Assembly (NCBI RefSeq): GCF_018977255.1
Contig: NW_024704742.1
Location: 92,692,001 to 92,756,000, forward strand
Reading direction: 5' to 3'
From: Callorhinchus milii
Taxonomy: Eukaryota
DNA length: 64,000 bases
Position 1 is the stretch's first letter. Each line of letters starts with the position of its first letter. This document shows, piece by piece, positions 24,235 to 38,000 of the stretch. The position numbers and the translations under genes were made by a program. The notes below the pieces were generated by a model. It saw only the letters and a list, made by a program, of their open reading frames with translations. It did no database searches and was not told where the DNA came from.

Positions 24235-25708
24235 TCTTGCACACTCAACCTGCATTATATTCAGCCAAACAAAATTGTTTTCATACATCTTCAGTTTTCA
24301 TTCCAAATTGGAAAATATTAATTTATCAAATTGGTAAATTTTTCAAAATACTGTCCAAATTGGAGCACAAATTTGTTTCGTATACTGTATATGTGATTCA
24401 TTCCATGGCTGTTTGTGGGACGTTGCAGTGCACAAACTGGCTGACCCACAAAATACACAGTCACTCCACTTTACAGAAGGTTTTGCGAAGCGCTTTGAGA
24501 CATCTGGATGCTGTGATAAGGCGCTATATCAAACTCAAAGATTATTATTATATTGATATTGCACTGAAAGCTTATGAGTGATATTCTGTTAGAAATATCT
24601 GTAGATAATTGCTGCATCTAATGTAGGTTGATGCGTAAGTTGATACTTTTGTTCATTGCTAATATTCTGCAGACCTCAGGGAACAGTCGAATAATAGATT
24701 TCATGTTTTTTTTAATTCTCTAATTGAAAGAAGAAAAAGAAGGGTTATCTGAATTTCTGATTAGATTTAGATCCTAATCTGCTGCAGTGAAACATAGAGT
24801 CCACAAGACTGATTTATAGAACTAATGCCTTTTTTTTAAAACTAGTACCTTACCATTGGCAGAGTGTTCATTGCCCAAATGCTGTTTCTGAGCCACGGCC
24901 TTAATTATAGGGGCTGCCTGCGTTGAAAGGATTTTACCTGTGGAAGATGTTCGACACTTGCTAAGCACTATCACACTTATAGTCACATTGATACAGCGAT
25001 GGATTTTTAAAGTGGCTGTCATAGTGAGAGAAATGAACACATAATGGTGGGGGGACGGACAAACTCCCTGCTGCATTCCTTAAACAAGAATCTTACAGAC
25101 TACATACATGTTGCAGTTTCTCTCAAGACTTTTTAAAGCCACATAACATGGACTCATGCGACTGACTAGAGCTTTGGAGCCTGTGATTTGCCGCTAAAAG
25201 TACTGAACAATTTTAGTAGCCTGCTGGACTGCATACTGAAAATGTGAGCAACTGGTGCAATTAACCAGCTTTTTAATTTGACATTAATGTGGCAGCTCTG
25301 TATATTTGTATAATTTGCATTTCTGTGCATAACAATTTTTTTTTGTTGTACACCTTCTTTGTTTGCTAATATGTACATGTGCAGAAAGAAACAGGATTTT
25401 GAAATTTGAAAGGAAGTTTTTTGTGTAGAGCTAAATTGATGTGGTACTTTAATAGTGTAAACCGGTTCGAATGTATGAAAACTTGTATATAAAACTATTT
25501 TCTATTTTTTTAATTGTGTAAATAGAAGTCAAAGGTTTCAATTGTTGAGTGTTTCCCACTTTGTTAAAATACTAAACATTTGAATGAGCCTCGTTTGTTC
25601 TCAACCTGCCTTCCCACATGTCAGGATTTATGCAAAAACTTAGGTAATACTTCTGTCTGTTCACCAACACTTGTCTTTATCATCTATTAGTGCATGATCT
25701 GTTTCATT

Positions 25709-25752
25709 TATATATAATATATATATTATATATGTGTATATATATATATAAT
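25709..25752. repeat. Imperfect (TA)n microsatellite
   Basis: tatatataatatatatattatatatgtgtatatatatatata. Confidence 0.85.
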
Positions 25753-25796
25753 ATTTTCTTCAGAGCTCTGTTCTTTTGTGCCTTTGTGTCTCACAG

Positions 25797-26012
25797 CCTC
25801 TCCTGTTTTACCTTTTACTCCTCTCGGTTCTTCCTCTCCGTCTCTTGGATCTGATCCACCTCCTTCCCCTGCTATTACCCCATCTGGAGGGTCTTCTCAC
25901 GATTGGTCCAGTGTAGACAGTACAGTGGTCCAGCTGTTAGCCCCACTGCTGAGCGACCAGACACACACTGTGTGTAGCCCTGGATCTGTCCATCTCTTCT
26001 GTCAAGCCATTG
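25797..26012 (+). CDS. SEMA4D: SEMA4D alt exon A ([16 protein letters not shown]...[26 protein letters not shown])
   Basis: tgtctcacag acceptor, ATTG|gtgagt donor; 216 bp; Ig B-strand Cys. Confidence 0.85.
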
Positions 26013-29000
26013 GTGAGTGAGCATCTGCTAACAAGAACGATTTTTACCTTTTTGCACATTTGTTTGGGAGGGGAAAGGGGAGGAAAAAAAGAATTGGTCC
26101 CTTTTACTACTGTGAATCAACTTGTTTTTATCTTGCTAAAGAAGTCTGTTTTGAGTTTGTATATGGGCATGTCAGGTTACAATATTGCAGATGATTGACA
26201 GTACAGAGCCATACCCTGGAGTCTTAGTACAAAAACACTGTAGATCTTAAGACTCCAAAACTATATTCAGTGTTAATAACCGTGTTCTTAGTGAAAACAC
26301 AGTGACCAAGTTTTATAGAGAACTTGATGTGGCTTGTCTCTTGTATCCTTCACTAGGGGCAATGAATCGTTCTTTGATGCTTGGCACCTTACCATAATAT
26401 ATTACTTACTTTTGATCGTCAGCTGAATTATTTTCATAAATGCACAATAAAAGTTGAAATGCAACATTCCCTCGTACGTTTACTAGATGTACATCCCTCG
26501 TACTTTATTTGTTGAACAATGAGTATGGTGCAAACAATGCATGTGTTGATTTTTGCAGGTATCTTAGTTTGATTCATTCATGAACGATGCATCCTCATAC
26601 ACCTCACAAACAATTGTAAATATTTGTTGAAGCAATGTCAAAGGTAGTAGTGACATTGTCAGTTAGGAAGGATTGCCCAACAGGGTTCCCAGTTCCAACA
26701 CCATGACCTTGATCTGTTATGTTTATCAGCTTATATAGTAAATTTGATCACAATGGCTGAATATAATCTCTCAATCTCAAATCATTCACATTTCCAAACA
26801 AATCTTTGTTGTAGTTTTGAAGGTGAGCTCAATTCTGTGAATTAGCTTTTTGTTTTGTTATTCGGTTTATCAAGCCTGCCCTGGTCATATTGGAAGACAC
26901 CAGCCCTTCACATTTGTTCTGGCTATTTCTTTTTCATTTTTTAAAAAAAAACTACCTTCAAAATGAAGCTGAGTATTTTTTCATGAAAGAGGTAGAAACC
27001 ATTGACTTTATGAATCTATGGTCATTTTTAAGCGTTAGCAATTTACTTCTCTCCTGTAATGTTTCTCACCTGGTACCAAGGGAATTGGTTGGAAGCTGTT
27101 CCCAGACACTAGGTATTAATGGATATTGAAACTGAGGAGCACTTGAGACAGACAAGATATTAATGCATATGGAGGTTGGCTTAGTTTGCTACTCAGTTTA
27201 TTCACTGGGGGGGAGGAGTCAATCCCAACCGTCTCCAGCAATTTCCTACAGACAACTATAACCTGACCTCTAACAGTGCTGGGTGGGGGAGGGAGGAAGG
27301 ATGGCACCTGGTTTGCTGTCTGTGTCTTAAACCCCTCATAGAACCTCTCACTTGCAGCCTCCATTTCAATTCACTGTACTCTTTCCTCCACCAATTAATA
27401 AAGGCCCCACACTCACTCTGCAGTGTTATCTGCCAAGGTATGACACAACCATGTAACCCAGGCTTTGTTCTCTCACCCTCCTGGTCCAGGACCCTCCTCC
27501 TGTGAGCCCAAGAGCAGAGAGAGAGAGGCCTCGGGATGGATCAGCTCACAGCTCTAACTCCCTGTCCGCTAGAGGTGCATTACTTGGACCTGCCAACAGG
27601 AAGAGGCGGCACATGAGCATTTGGAATAAGGAAGTCTACTCCAGACTTCTCCTGTAGAGCTAAATGGTAGTTTCCAGACTAGCAGTTCCCTCATTGCCAA
27701 TAATCGTCCAACCGCCCCATGGCATCAGCCACTCCCACTGCACGATATCCACCCTCCAGGCCCATTACCGGGCAGGGATAAACCTTAGGCAAGTTTTCTT
27801 ACTCCGCATGCCTCTGTACCTAACAGTAAGTAGGATCCTGGTTCTTAGCTAATTGGTGGATCGCTTTCTGAGGTAATAATCGCTTTAAAAAAATTAAGTT
27901 ACTCAATCCACGACTGTTTGTGTGGCACTGCTGTACATAATTGACTTCCTTGTTTCACCCACAAAATAACCAGTTAATTCACTTTACTGGATATTCTGTG
28001 AAGCGCTTTGAGATGTCTCAACAACGTGATAAGGCGCTATATCAAATGCAAGGATTATTATTATTACACCATCTTCAAATGCCATCTAGGACCTAGCCCA
28101 GGATGACTTTTCCTTCTGGAGAAGAATACAGCCTCCATTTCATGCCTGGTCAAGAGTACATGTTTGATTGAGAGCAGATTGAAGCTCACTAGCACAAATT
28201 CCACTTCACAATGGAGGTCATATGCCAGAATTCCCGAGGACAGAAATTCCACCTGGTCTTTGACCATTTTAATTTAAAATTTAAGATGGTGCTATGCTAT
28301 ATTGCGGAAAATGCTTAGATTTAATTTGGAGGCTGTTTTTCCCGTTCCTAAAAAGAACTGTCTCCTCAACTAAGACTAGATTTAAACTGTTTCTACAACG
28401 CAACATTTTCAATTTCAAGACAAAATGGTCTTTCAGGCTGAAACTAAGTAGAATTTCAGACCCCCCGGCAGGCAATGCCATGCTGTCCCTTAAGCAATTG
28501 TGAAAGGGGTTTGAGTGATCTCTGTGATCCTGTGCTGTTTCTCGTTCCACTGGATTTTTGATCCTTTGCCCTGGGCTGCTTTGTACAGTATATCAAGTTG
28601 GGCATTAATGAACAGTTTCAGTTGCTTCAATTTGACCTTTTTAAATATTGACTCATTTTGGGAGTATTTTAAGTAACATTACTTTGGCACCATTATTATT
28701 TGTAATATTATTATTAATGATAATATTCCCTGCATTTGACATAGCACCTTATGTCATCCAGATGTCTCCAAGCACTTCACTTCTATAAAGTGGTGTGACT
28801 GTGTATTTTGTGAGCAATTGGGTGAATTCCAATGAACGCAATTGTACTGTGAACCCTGATCACTAATGTGATTACTCACCTAATGCTTCGTTCCCTTTAT
28901 GTGTATTGGCTTTTTGCGCTAAAATAGCCGACTTTCACGCCTAAGTCGCCACCGACATCACTTCCTGCTTCGTACAGGTGCAGGAAGAGACATTTCTGAT

Positions 29001-32000
29001 GACGGGCTTCTTCTCAAAAGAAATTCACTAGATTTACTGTGAAGTGTAGCGGTTGTGTATTTTGCAGGAAAATATAGCAGTCATTTTCACATAGCAATAT
29101 TCCCAAACAGCCATGAAGTGAATGACCAATTTTATTTGGGGGATATTTGGCCAGGACACCGGGGGATACTGCTTTCTCTTTTCAAATAGTGCAATGGGAT
29201 CTTTAATGACCACCCAATCAGGCAGACAGCATGTCAGTTTGATATCTCACCAGAAGAGTGTCAGCTCTGACAATGTATCAATCCTGCAGCACTGCGTTAG
29301 CATCAGTTTAGACAATATGAGTTCCAAGTCCCAATATTTGTCATTGTGAATTGCAGATGTGTTGCCCAACATCAGCTGCGATCGCTTGTCAATATTTAGC
29401 TTTGTGCATGGACGTCTTTTGAGTTCCTGTACTGCCAGATTTGATTGATTTCACTTTCTGGTCATTGACCTTCATTGCGGCCCGTGTTAGAATAGTCTCC
29501 TGTATCTTTATCGCTTCTCTATATTTTGGAAAATTCATGTTATTAATTTGCTATTGAAAACACTAGATTCACTACAACCACAACAACTTGCATTTATATA
29601 GTGCCCTTCATGCGGGGTAGTGTCCCGGAGCGCTTGACATTGACAGAGTTTGATGCCGAGCCAGAGGCAGGGGGGAGGTGACCGAAACCACGATCAAAAA
29701 GGAAGGTCTTTAGGTGGGAATTGAAGGTGGGGAGGGAAGGAGAGAATTCCAGAGTTTTGGGGTGTAGTGGCTGAAAGCACAGCCACTGATGGTGGAATGA
29801 AGATGCCACAGTTTGGTCATGTATCAATGGGTCACAGAATGACAATATTAATTTCTATCCAGAAGTTACAGCTTCCCACTCTGTTGAGTTATTCATGAGT
29901 TACAGCTGGTCGTTAGCTTGTGTTTTATCTACTCCTTTTAATAGGGGACGTTGCGAGAGTGGGAATGAGAGATGAATGTGTTCACACTAGCACAATAAAT
30001 GGTAGTTTTGAGGGAACTGACCTCAAGGTTATCAGATTATTTGCCGTCAGGGGAATGGCCGAATAGCGTCGATAAGGCAGTGATCTCTGTCACTGTGACT
30101 AACACCATCAGGATCTGAAAATAACTAGGTGCAGACATTCCAAAAAGATGTGAATATCTTAAATGTATATCCTCAGCAAGAGGCAATTATGTGTTTAGTT
30201 TTAGTTTTGATTTTAAAGCACAAAGATCTGAATTTTGTGTCTTTCATGCAATTACGAAGTGAGGAGATGTTATTTTCCAATGGATTATTCTTAGTAAAGC
30301 AAAGATGAAATACAGTACCTGACACAGTTTCGATGGAATTAGTATAAAAAAAGGGAAAGTTGTTGCTCACTTTTTAATAAAGCAACATGTTCATAGTTGC
30401 CACAAGGGAAGGTTGTAGCTTTTACAAATCATATTGATGTTCAGCTACTGGCTAGTTACTATTTTGATTGGTGAACTGGAAATGTAAATAGCGTAGACCA
30501 TAATCAGTTCATGATGAAGAAAATAAAAACAATAAGGTAATAATTAGAGTGGTTTCATGAGGTGTCAGTCTGACCCATTTGGTAGCACTCTCACCGCTGA
30601 GTGTGTTCAAGTCTAATGTTGGAACTTGAGATATTAATCCAGGCTGACATTGCAGTGATATTCTGGGGGACCACTGCATTGTCAGAAGTGCAACACATCT
30701 TTCAGGATGTGCGTTAAATTAAAACCCAGTATGGCTGTTCAGGTGGAGATGAAAAGATCCCCCGATACTATTGAGAGTTTATCCTCTTTGGAAGACCTTG
30801 CCGTTTGTGGGACCTTACTGTATGGTTGCCTGTTTACCTACCAATAATAATAGTAATATTTACATTTGATATCATACCTTTCACATTGAGAAGATGTCTC
30901 AGAACTTTTCACAGGATACGCTTTAAAGTGTAGTGACTGTATTTTGTAAGCAAACGCAACACTCAATTTACGCATAGCAACATCTGTAAACAGCCATGTA
31001 GTAAATGACCAAATAGTCACGAGACTTGACAGCAATTACACATAGGGTCCTTTGAGATGTTTTGCCAATATTGGAAAGATATCAAATGCAAAGATTACAT
31101 CATCATCAGAGATCGACGACCAAGTGCAAGAATTGTTTTAACTTTGTATTCTATCCCATGAGGAAAGAGAGGAGAATAGGAGGGGGGAATTAGGAGGGGT
31201 GGGGGCTTTTGTGGAGTATAAACACTGGCAAGGTCTAGTTGGGTCAAATTGCCAGTTTCCATGCTGTAACATTCCACTTTACAATGCTCATCATGGGTGA
31301 GAGCCTCTGAATCAAAAGGTTGCTTTGAGAGAGTAAATGCAGGTGACTGGCATCCGTGCTTTGTGATTAGAGGAAGTGGGCGGGTTTGTAGGGTTTAAGC
31401 AGTTCGGAGCTGTATGGTGGGGCAAAACCTCAGAGGGATTTAAAAGTGAGAATGAGGATCTTGAAATCGATTCTCTGCGGGATGGGGGCCAGTGCAGAAG
31501 TGTGAGGATAATATAACATTGCACCATTTTGCTCAGGTAACAAAACACTTTATTGTTAAGTATCTATGGCAACTGCTGAACGGCAAAGGTCAAGGCATTT
31601 GATCTTTCCAACACAAGTATTACTTGGGCAGAATATATTAGCGGGTCTTTCATGTTTTAATAATAATAACCTTGCTATCCAGCTACCATCTCAAACCTCC
31701 CCTTCCTATCCAAGGTCCTTGAGAGAGCCGTTGCCTCCCAGCTTCACTCTTTCTTCTCCTCCCATTCCCTCCATGAACTCCTCCAATCGGGTTTCTGTGC
31801 TGCCCACAGAACAGAAACTGCTCTGGTCAAGGTCACAAATGACATGTGCGACTAGGGCTCCCTCTGCCTCCACGTCCTCCTTGACCTCTCCGCTGCCTTT
31901 AATACTGTGGACTATTCAATCCTCCTCCACCAACTCTCCCCCCCATCTCAACCTTCAAGGTTCTGTCCTTGACTGGTTCAGGTCCTACCTTTCACACCGC

Positions 32001-35000
32001 CTCCACTTCGTCTCTGCAAACGGCTTCTCCTCCAGCCCCCGCACCGTCTCGTGCAGTGTCCCTCAGGGCTCTGTCCTCAATCCCCTTCTCTTCACCCTCT
32101 ACATGCTCCACCTTGGTGACATCATCCTCAGACATGGGGTAAATTTCCACATGTATGCGGATAACACCCAACTCTACCTCTCTGCCTCCACCCTGAACTC
32201 CAGTACTACTGGCGTCCTGACTGACTGCATGTCCAACATCAAGTCCTGGATGAGCGACAACTTTCTCCAACTCAACGTCAGCAAGACTGAGGCCCTCGGG
32301 CGCTGGCAGCATCAGCCTCCACGCTGCACACTCAACCTCACTAAGCCAGTCAGGAACCTGGGTGTCTTGTTTGACCCTGAACTGTCCTTTCTCCCCCACA
32401 TCCGCGCCATGACCGGCACTGCCTACCACCACCTCCGCAACATTGCTAGACTCCGCCACTGCCTCACCCCTCAGGCTGCCGAAACCCTTATCCATGCATT
32501 TATCACATCAACGCTCGATTATGGAAACTCGTTCCTCATAGGCCTTCCCAACTCTTCACTTCACAGGCTGCAGATCATCCCAAACTCCACAACTCGTGTA
32601 CTCTCACGGACCAGGCTCCGTGACCGCATTACTCCCACCCTCCCCCGACTACACTGGCTCCCCATCTCTCAGAGGATCAAATTCAAGATCCTCGTCCTCA
32701 CTTTCAAGGCCATCCATGGCCTTGCCCCCTCCTACCTCTCTGATCTGCAACTCCCTACCAATTTGCCCACTCCCTCCGTTCAGCGGGCTCTGGTCTGCTC
32801 CATGTCTCCCGCCCGACCATCGGTGGCCGGGCTTTCAGCCTCTCTGCCCCCACACTCTGGAACTCCATCCCACGGTCCCTTCGCCTCGCTTCCTCCTTTG
32901 CCCCCTTCAAGGCCGGTCTCAAGACCCTTTTCTTCGACCGTGCCTTTGGTCGCCATTCCACCTCTCTGCCTTCCCTCACCCCTCCCCCACCCCTCCCCCA
33001 TGCTCGGGTCCTAACCCCTGACTGTTTAGCACTTTGGGACATCCTCCCGACGTGAAAGGCGCTCTATAAATGTAATTTTGTTGTTGTTTTTGCTGCATTT
33101 GATATAGCGTCTTATCATGTCTTCTAGACGTCTCAAAGTGCTTCGCAGGATATATTGTAAAGTGAATTGACTATATTTTGTGGGCGAAATGTGGTAGCCA
33201 ATTGCGCACAGCAGTGTCTTACAAACATTCGTGGAAACAGTTGGGAAACTGAAATACAGTTGTGAAACTGACCTTTTCTCTCTTTGAAATTTAGCAATGC
33301 TTGTCATACTTAGGAGTCTGTTTGCTATTTTCTTCTGTGGTGGAGAGCTTTCATTTTAATTGTGTTGCTTTGCAAACCTGTGTGCATGGCTATTCCCTTT
33401 GTTTAAAGCGTGCTCGTGTTTACACACAGGATTAGTTGGAGAACATTGATTTAAAATTAATAAAAATCTGCAAGACTAGGAACTGGAAGAATATTTCCTC
33501 CATAGAGCAGGGAGTATGTGACATACACTCCCACTGAAGCAATCAATACTACGTCAACTTTAAAAATAAATACCTGTTTAGAAACAGTGGAGTATGAAAC
33601 TTGCAATTTCTAAATGGGAGTGGTGTGAATCAGGACACCTAGTTGTAAATGGGAATGCCTTCTGGGAACAGAGACCACGTCTCATAACCCGTAGGAACTT
33701 TGCTTTGACAGGATCAACTTCAATTATTCCGGTTGTTGGAAGGAATGTTTATTTATTACTCGGACTCCTTATTAAAGAATTCTGTTTGAAATCGCAGCTC
33801 TTTTTGAACCCATGTATTGGAGGTTATAAGACAGGAGCAGACAAAGGTGAAAGTTATTCCATTGCTATTTGCTTATAGGAGTGACAGTGTGTTTTGTGGG
33901 TGAACACAGCAACCAGTTGTGGACAGCAACGTCCCACAAACATCCATGGAGTGAATAACCAATTTTACTTGGAGGGGATTGTTGGCCATGGCATTGGGGG
34001 AAACACCTTTCTCTTTTCAAATAGTGCCATGGGATCTTTAATGCACACCTGAATAGGCAGATAGAATCTTGTTTTTCCGTCTCATCCAAAGTAGGTGTCA
34101 TGTGGAGTCCTGTAGCTCAGTGGTTAGAGCACTCGCTTTGCAAGCGAGAGACCTGAGTTCAATTCCAGGCAGGGCCAAACCTTGGGCCAGTTTCCTTACT
34201 CCACATGTCTAATAATAATCCCTCCAAAACCAAAAACAATAATAAAATTGGCATTTTCAATCTACGACTGTTTGTGGGACATTGCTGTGCGCAATTGGCT
34301 GCCGCGTTCGCCCACAAATTTACAGTCAATTCACTTTACAGTGTGTTCTGTGAAGCGCTTTGGGACGTCCTTCCGACGTGAAAAGCGCTATATCAAATGC
34401 AAGGATTATTATTATTATTATATTATTATTATGGGTACCAGTCGCTACCATTCCTCACATGTGAGCTTGTTCTATGAGGTGTCAGGAAATGTATTAACTG
34501 GAAATTCATCTCACCCGACATTTATACTTCAGCTATGGTCAATTTGAGAGCAGTTAGGAACAAGCGCTTTGGTTATTTCTTGTGCTTTCTAGTTCATTGG
34601 CAGTAAAGCTAATTATAACTGGGGCTGTGTTTCAGATCAGTTAATGCAGCGAAGACCTGGAATCAGCCCTTAGACATTCCTGATCTGCTGCACCATGTGA
34701 TCAATTCACACACACACACACACAGAGGAGACGTGCTAAATATATTTTCTAAGTCTCTTGTATTGAAGTAGGGACCAGATTCTAGAGTAAATACATGGAA
34801 CAATCAGTCCTATTGTATTCTAAACATTGCATATGTTGTAATTGGATGAATGTTGCACTAAGTATCACATAACATGTAATCTTAACAGAATCCAAAATAA
34901 TAACAACAACGTGCATTTATATAGCGCCCTCCACATCGGGCGGCATTTCAGGGCCAATAATATTGACCTTCAAGAGGAAATTAGTTAAACACTTTAAAAA

Positions 35001-38000
35001 GTGTCAGCTTCATGGGAGGTGGGAAAAACGGCAGTTAAGTGGGACTGAAAGGATTGCTCTAGAGGCAGCCAGCAGAGACATAATGGGCCAAATGGCCTTC
35101 TTCTGTGCCATAAATGTCTATGGTTCTATGTCTGTGGTAACGTAAAATCTAACCAGTATCAGGAGCCCCAAGTGCAGCGTGGTGCACTGTAACCGAAAGC
35201 CTTATAATGAGGTCAGTTTATACTTTGATTTGTGTGTGTACAACTCCGATCAAACACTCTGCAATTCACAGACAGTGGAGAGGAACCACAGTGAGTGGAA
35301 GAACTGATGAAACTCGGTGCCAATAGTGATGCAACAAAGTCAACCTTCTCTAGTTTATTCAAAGGATTATTTTAAGAACTACAGAAAAACAAAGTTAAGA
35401 CTGAATTCAATAATGTAGCAAATTTCTGGATGTTCTGAAATGCTAAGAGAATAGAATAAATCTAGTCCCAAGTGGCATTTCTACCCCAGATATCTGTAAG
35501 GAATGGTATTAAGTTTCTAACTTTAAGCATTAAAATTTGATGTCCCTACGTGAAAGGCACTATACAAATGTAATATGTTGTTGATGTACTACAGTATTTG
35601 AACTAGGTCACAAGCTTGTTTCCAGAGCTGTCTGTCACTTGAACTCACTTTCCCTCAGTGGGCTCAGATTCTTTGGGATCTCAGCCAGGTCTCAGTGCAG
35701 AACATCACATGGGAGAGAGGCAATCCACTTCAGGGAAGGGAACCTCCACACAATCCAGCTCATCCCAATGTCCACTGCATGCACATGTTGAGCTCACTGA
35801 GTGGTATTGACTCTTTCAAGAGCAAATTAGATAGATTTCTGTTAGGAAATAACATCTCGGGATGTGACGCATATAGTTTGGGACATGACAAGTGCATGTG
35901 ACTGCCAGGATGGTGGAAGGCAAACTGGTGGACCTGTTTTATCTTGGACTGATAAATAAGAGCAGTAATAATAATTAGCAAAGGGGGGAAAGTTGCAAGA
36001 GAAGTCTACTAACTTACAAACTATATTACATTCCACAGGATTCAGTGATCTGCACTTTATTTGGGAGAGGAATGGGCAAAAGGTGACAAATTCCATTAAG
36101 GACCAATCTCAAGCATTGAGAGACGGGAGGATGCATGTTCTCAGCTGGCTAAAGGACACTATAACTGCTGACACAGAGTATCAATGCTGCGCTGTGTCCA
36201 GGAGAAGAAATGTGGTCTCAAAAGTTCTTATCGTGGTCGAAGGTAAATCATTTAAGTATATTGCATTACTTTCTCCCAGCAATTCTCCAGATAAAATCAG
36301 TCATGATCATTTATGGAACCTTGCTGTGTGTAAACTGGCTGTTGTGCTTTGTCCCAAAAGCAGTCTCTAAACTCTGCAGTGATTACAATGAAGCTTCAAT
36401 GTGATAAGGCTTTATAACAAGGCAGTGTTCTTTTATTTGAGTTAAAGCTGAAACACTGAGCACTCAGTTAGAGAAGCCTATTGGAAGTGACAGCCTATTG
36501 GCCATTAAAATGTACTACTACATGTCCACAGCTTCATTCTACACGATATGCTACAGTACTTTATATGGTAAATACAAAATTGACCCATTTTTATCTCTGA
36601 AACTACACTTCATAAATTCTCTATAGTTTATTCAAACTGTGTTGTGTGTCAGCCTGGCCCAGTTGGTAACACTACTGCTTCTGAGTCAGAAGGTTGTGGG
36701 TCAAGTTCAGGCCTTTACATCAGAACATTGACTTCCTCAATTGGTCATTCACTTGCAGACTGTTTGCGGGATATTTCTATGCACAAATTGACTGCATTTG
36801 CCCACAAAATAGACAAGGTCATACCACTTTACAGTAGATTATAAACTGCAGCGCTTTGAGACATATCAACGATTATCAAATGTAGGGATTATTATTATAT
36901 TATGTATCAAATGCAAAGATATTATTTTTATTTCTTGCAACACTACACTGAGCAATAATTTTCCAAATTCCTATACAAGAAAAAAATTCATAAAACTCGG
37001 ATCAGTTTCACAAATGAAATGCTATTCAGGAAAATGTGATTCCATCACAAGTAATAATGGAAGAGACTTGACAGTTTGGTATGTTGCATTTTACATCTGA
37101 GATTGACGGGATGTACCACATTGTGACAGACAATGCAGCAATTGCAAAAGTCTATTGTTTTCCCTCAAATTTAATTGCTAACAAATCCTCCCTAATTGCT
37201 GTTACACAGGAACTTTTATTCTGAAGAATTTCAGGAATTTTCATTACCCTCAGTGCGAATTGGCAATTCACACAGAAAGGGTTAAACGTGTAAATCCTAG
37301 GCTGGGTGACAAAAGGTATCATGCGAGTCCCTTATCACAATGTTAGATGAATAATTAGATTCTATAGTTTGTGCAGTTTAAAATTATAAAAGAGCACTTG
37401 TTCTGCACTGGTGCAGACTAGAAAAAAATCTCAGATTGGCTTCTGTTAATACTTTTTAGGGTCCTTGTTAATGATGGGAGGGAAAGATTATGATTATGAG
37501 CAATGTTAAGAAAAGAGAAGTGTAATTACAAGGTGCCAACAACTAATAAAATGTTGAGGACAGCTCAATCTTATTCTCATGTTTGAAAGTATATTGCCAA
37601 AACTGTAAGAAATTTATAAATCCAAACCATTTAATTAGTAAGTGTAGGGCAACAATGACAATTTACATATATAGCTGCTCCACATCAGGAGCTGGAGTTG
37701 AGGCAGAGTCGGTGGAGGGGGCAGATTAGGAGAGCAGAGGAAGGAGGAATGGCAGTTTAGGCGGGGGCAGTTTAGGAGAGGGGGAGAGGAAACAGAAACG
37801 GAATAGATAATACTGGAGGATTGAACTTGTCTTATATCAGTTCTGACAAAGGATCATGGACCTGAAACGTTGACTCACTTTCCTTTCTCCATAGATGCTA
37901 CCTGACCCTCTGAGGTTTCCCAGCTCTCTTTGTTTTTGTTTCAGATTCCAGCATCTGCAGTATTTTGTGTTTTGTCTTATATTTGAATGGGTTATGGCTA

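Noticed and set aside
28900..28990. CpG/ETS-like (CACTTCCTG) patch as an internal promoter for the alternative exons
   Set aside because: Similar sequence recurs near 8570-8640 and 53310-53410, so more likely a repeat fragment; it also lies downstream of exon A
31566..33014. 482-aa ORF as a host gene
   Set aside because: Frameshifted L2 reverse-transcriptase remnant (YADN instead of YADD, off-frame ends)
35993..36370. 125-aa ORF as a stand-alone Ig gene
   Set aside because: Only 36039-36242 is Ig-like and is bounded by splice sites; the flanks are intron and SINE sequence
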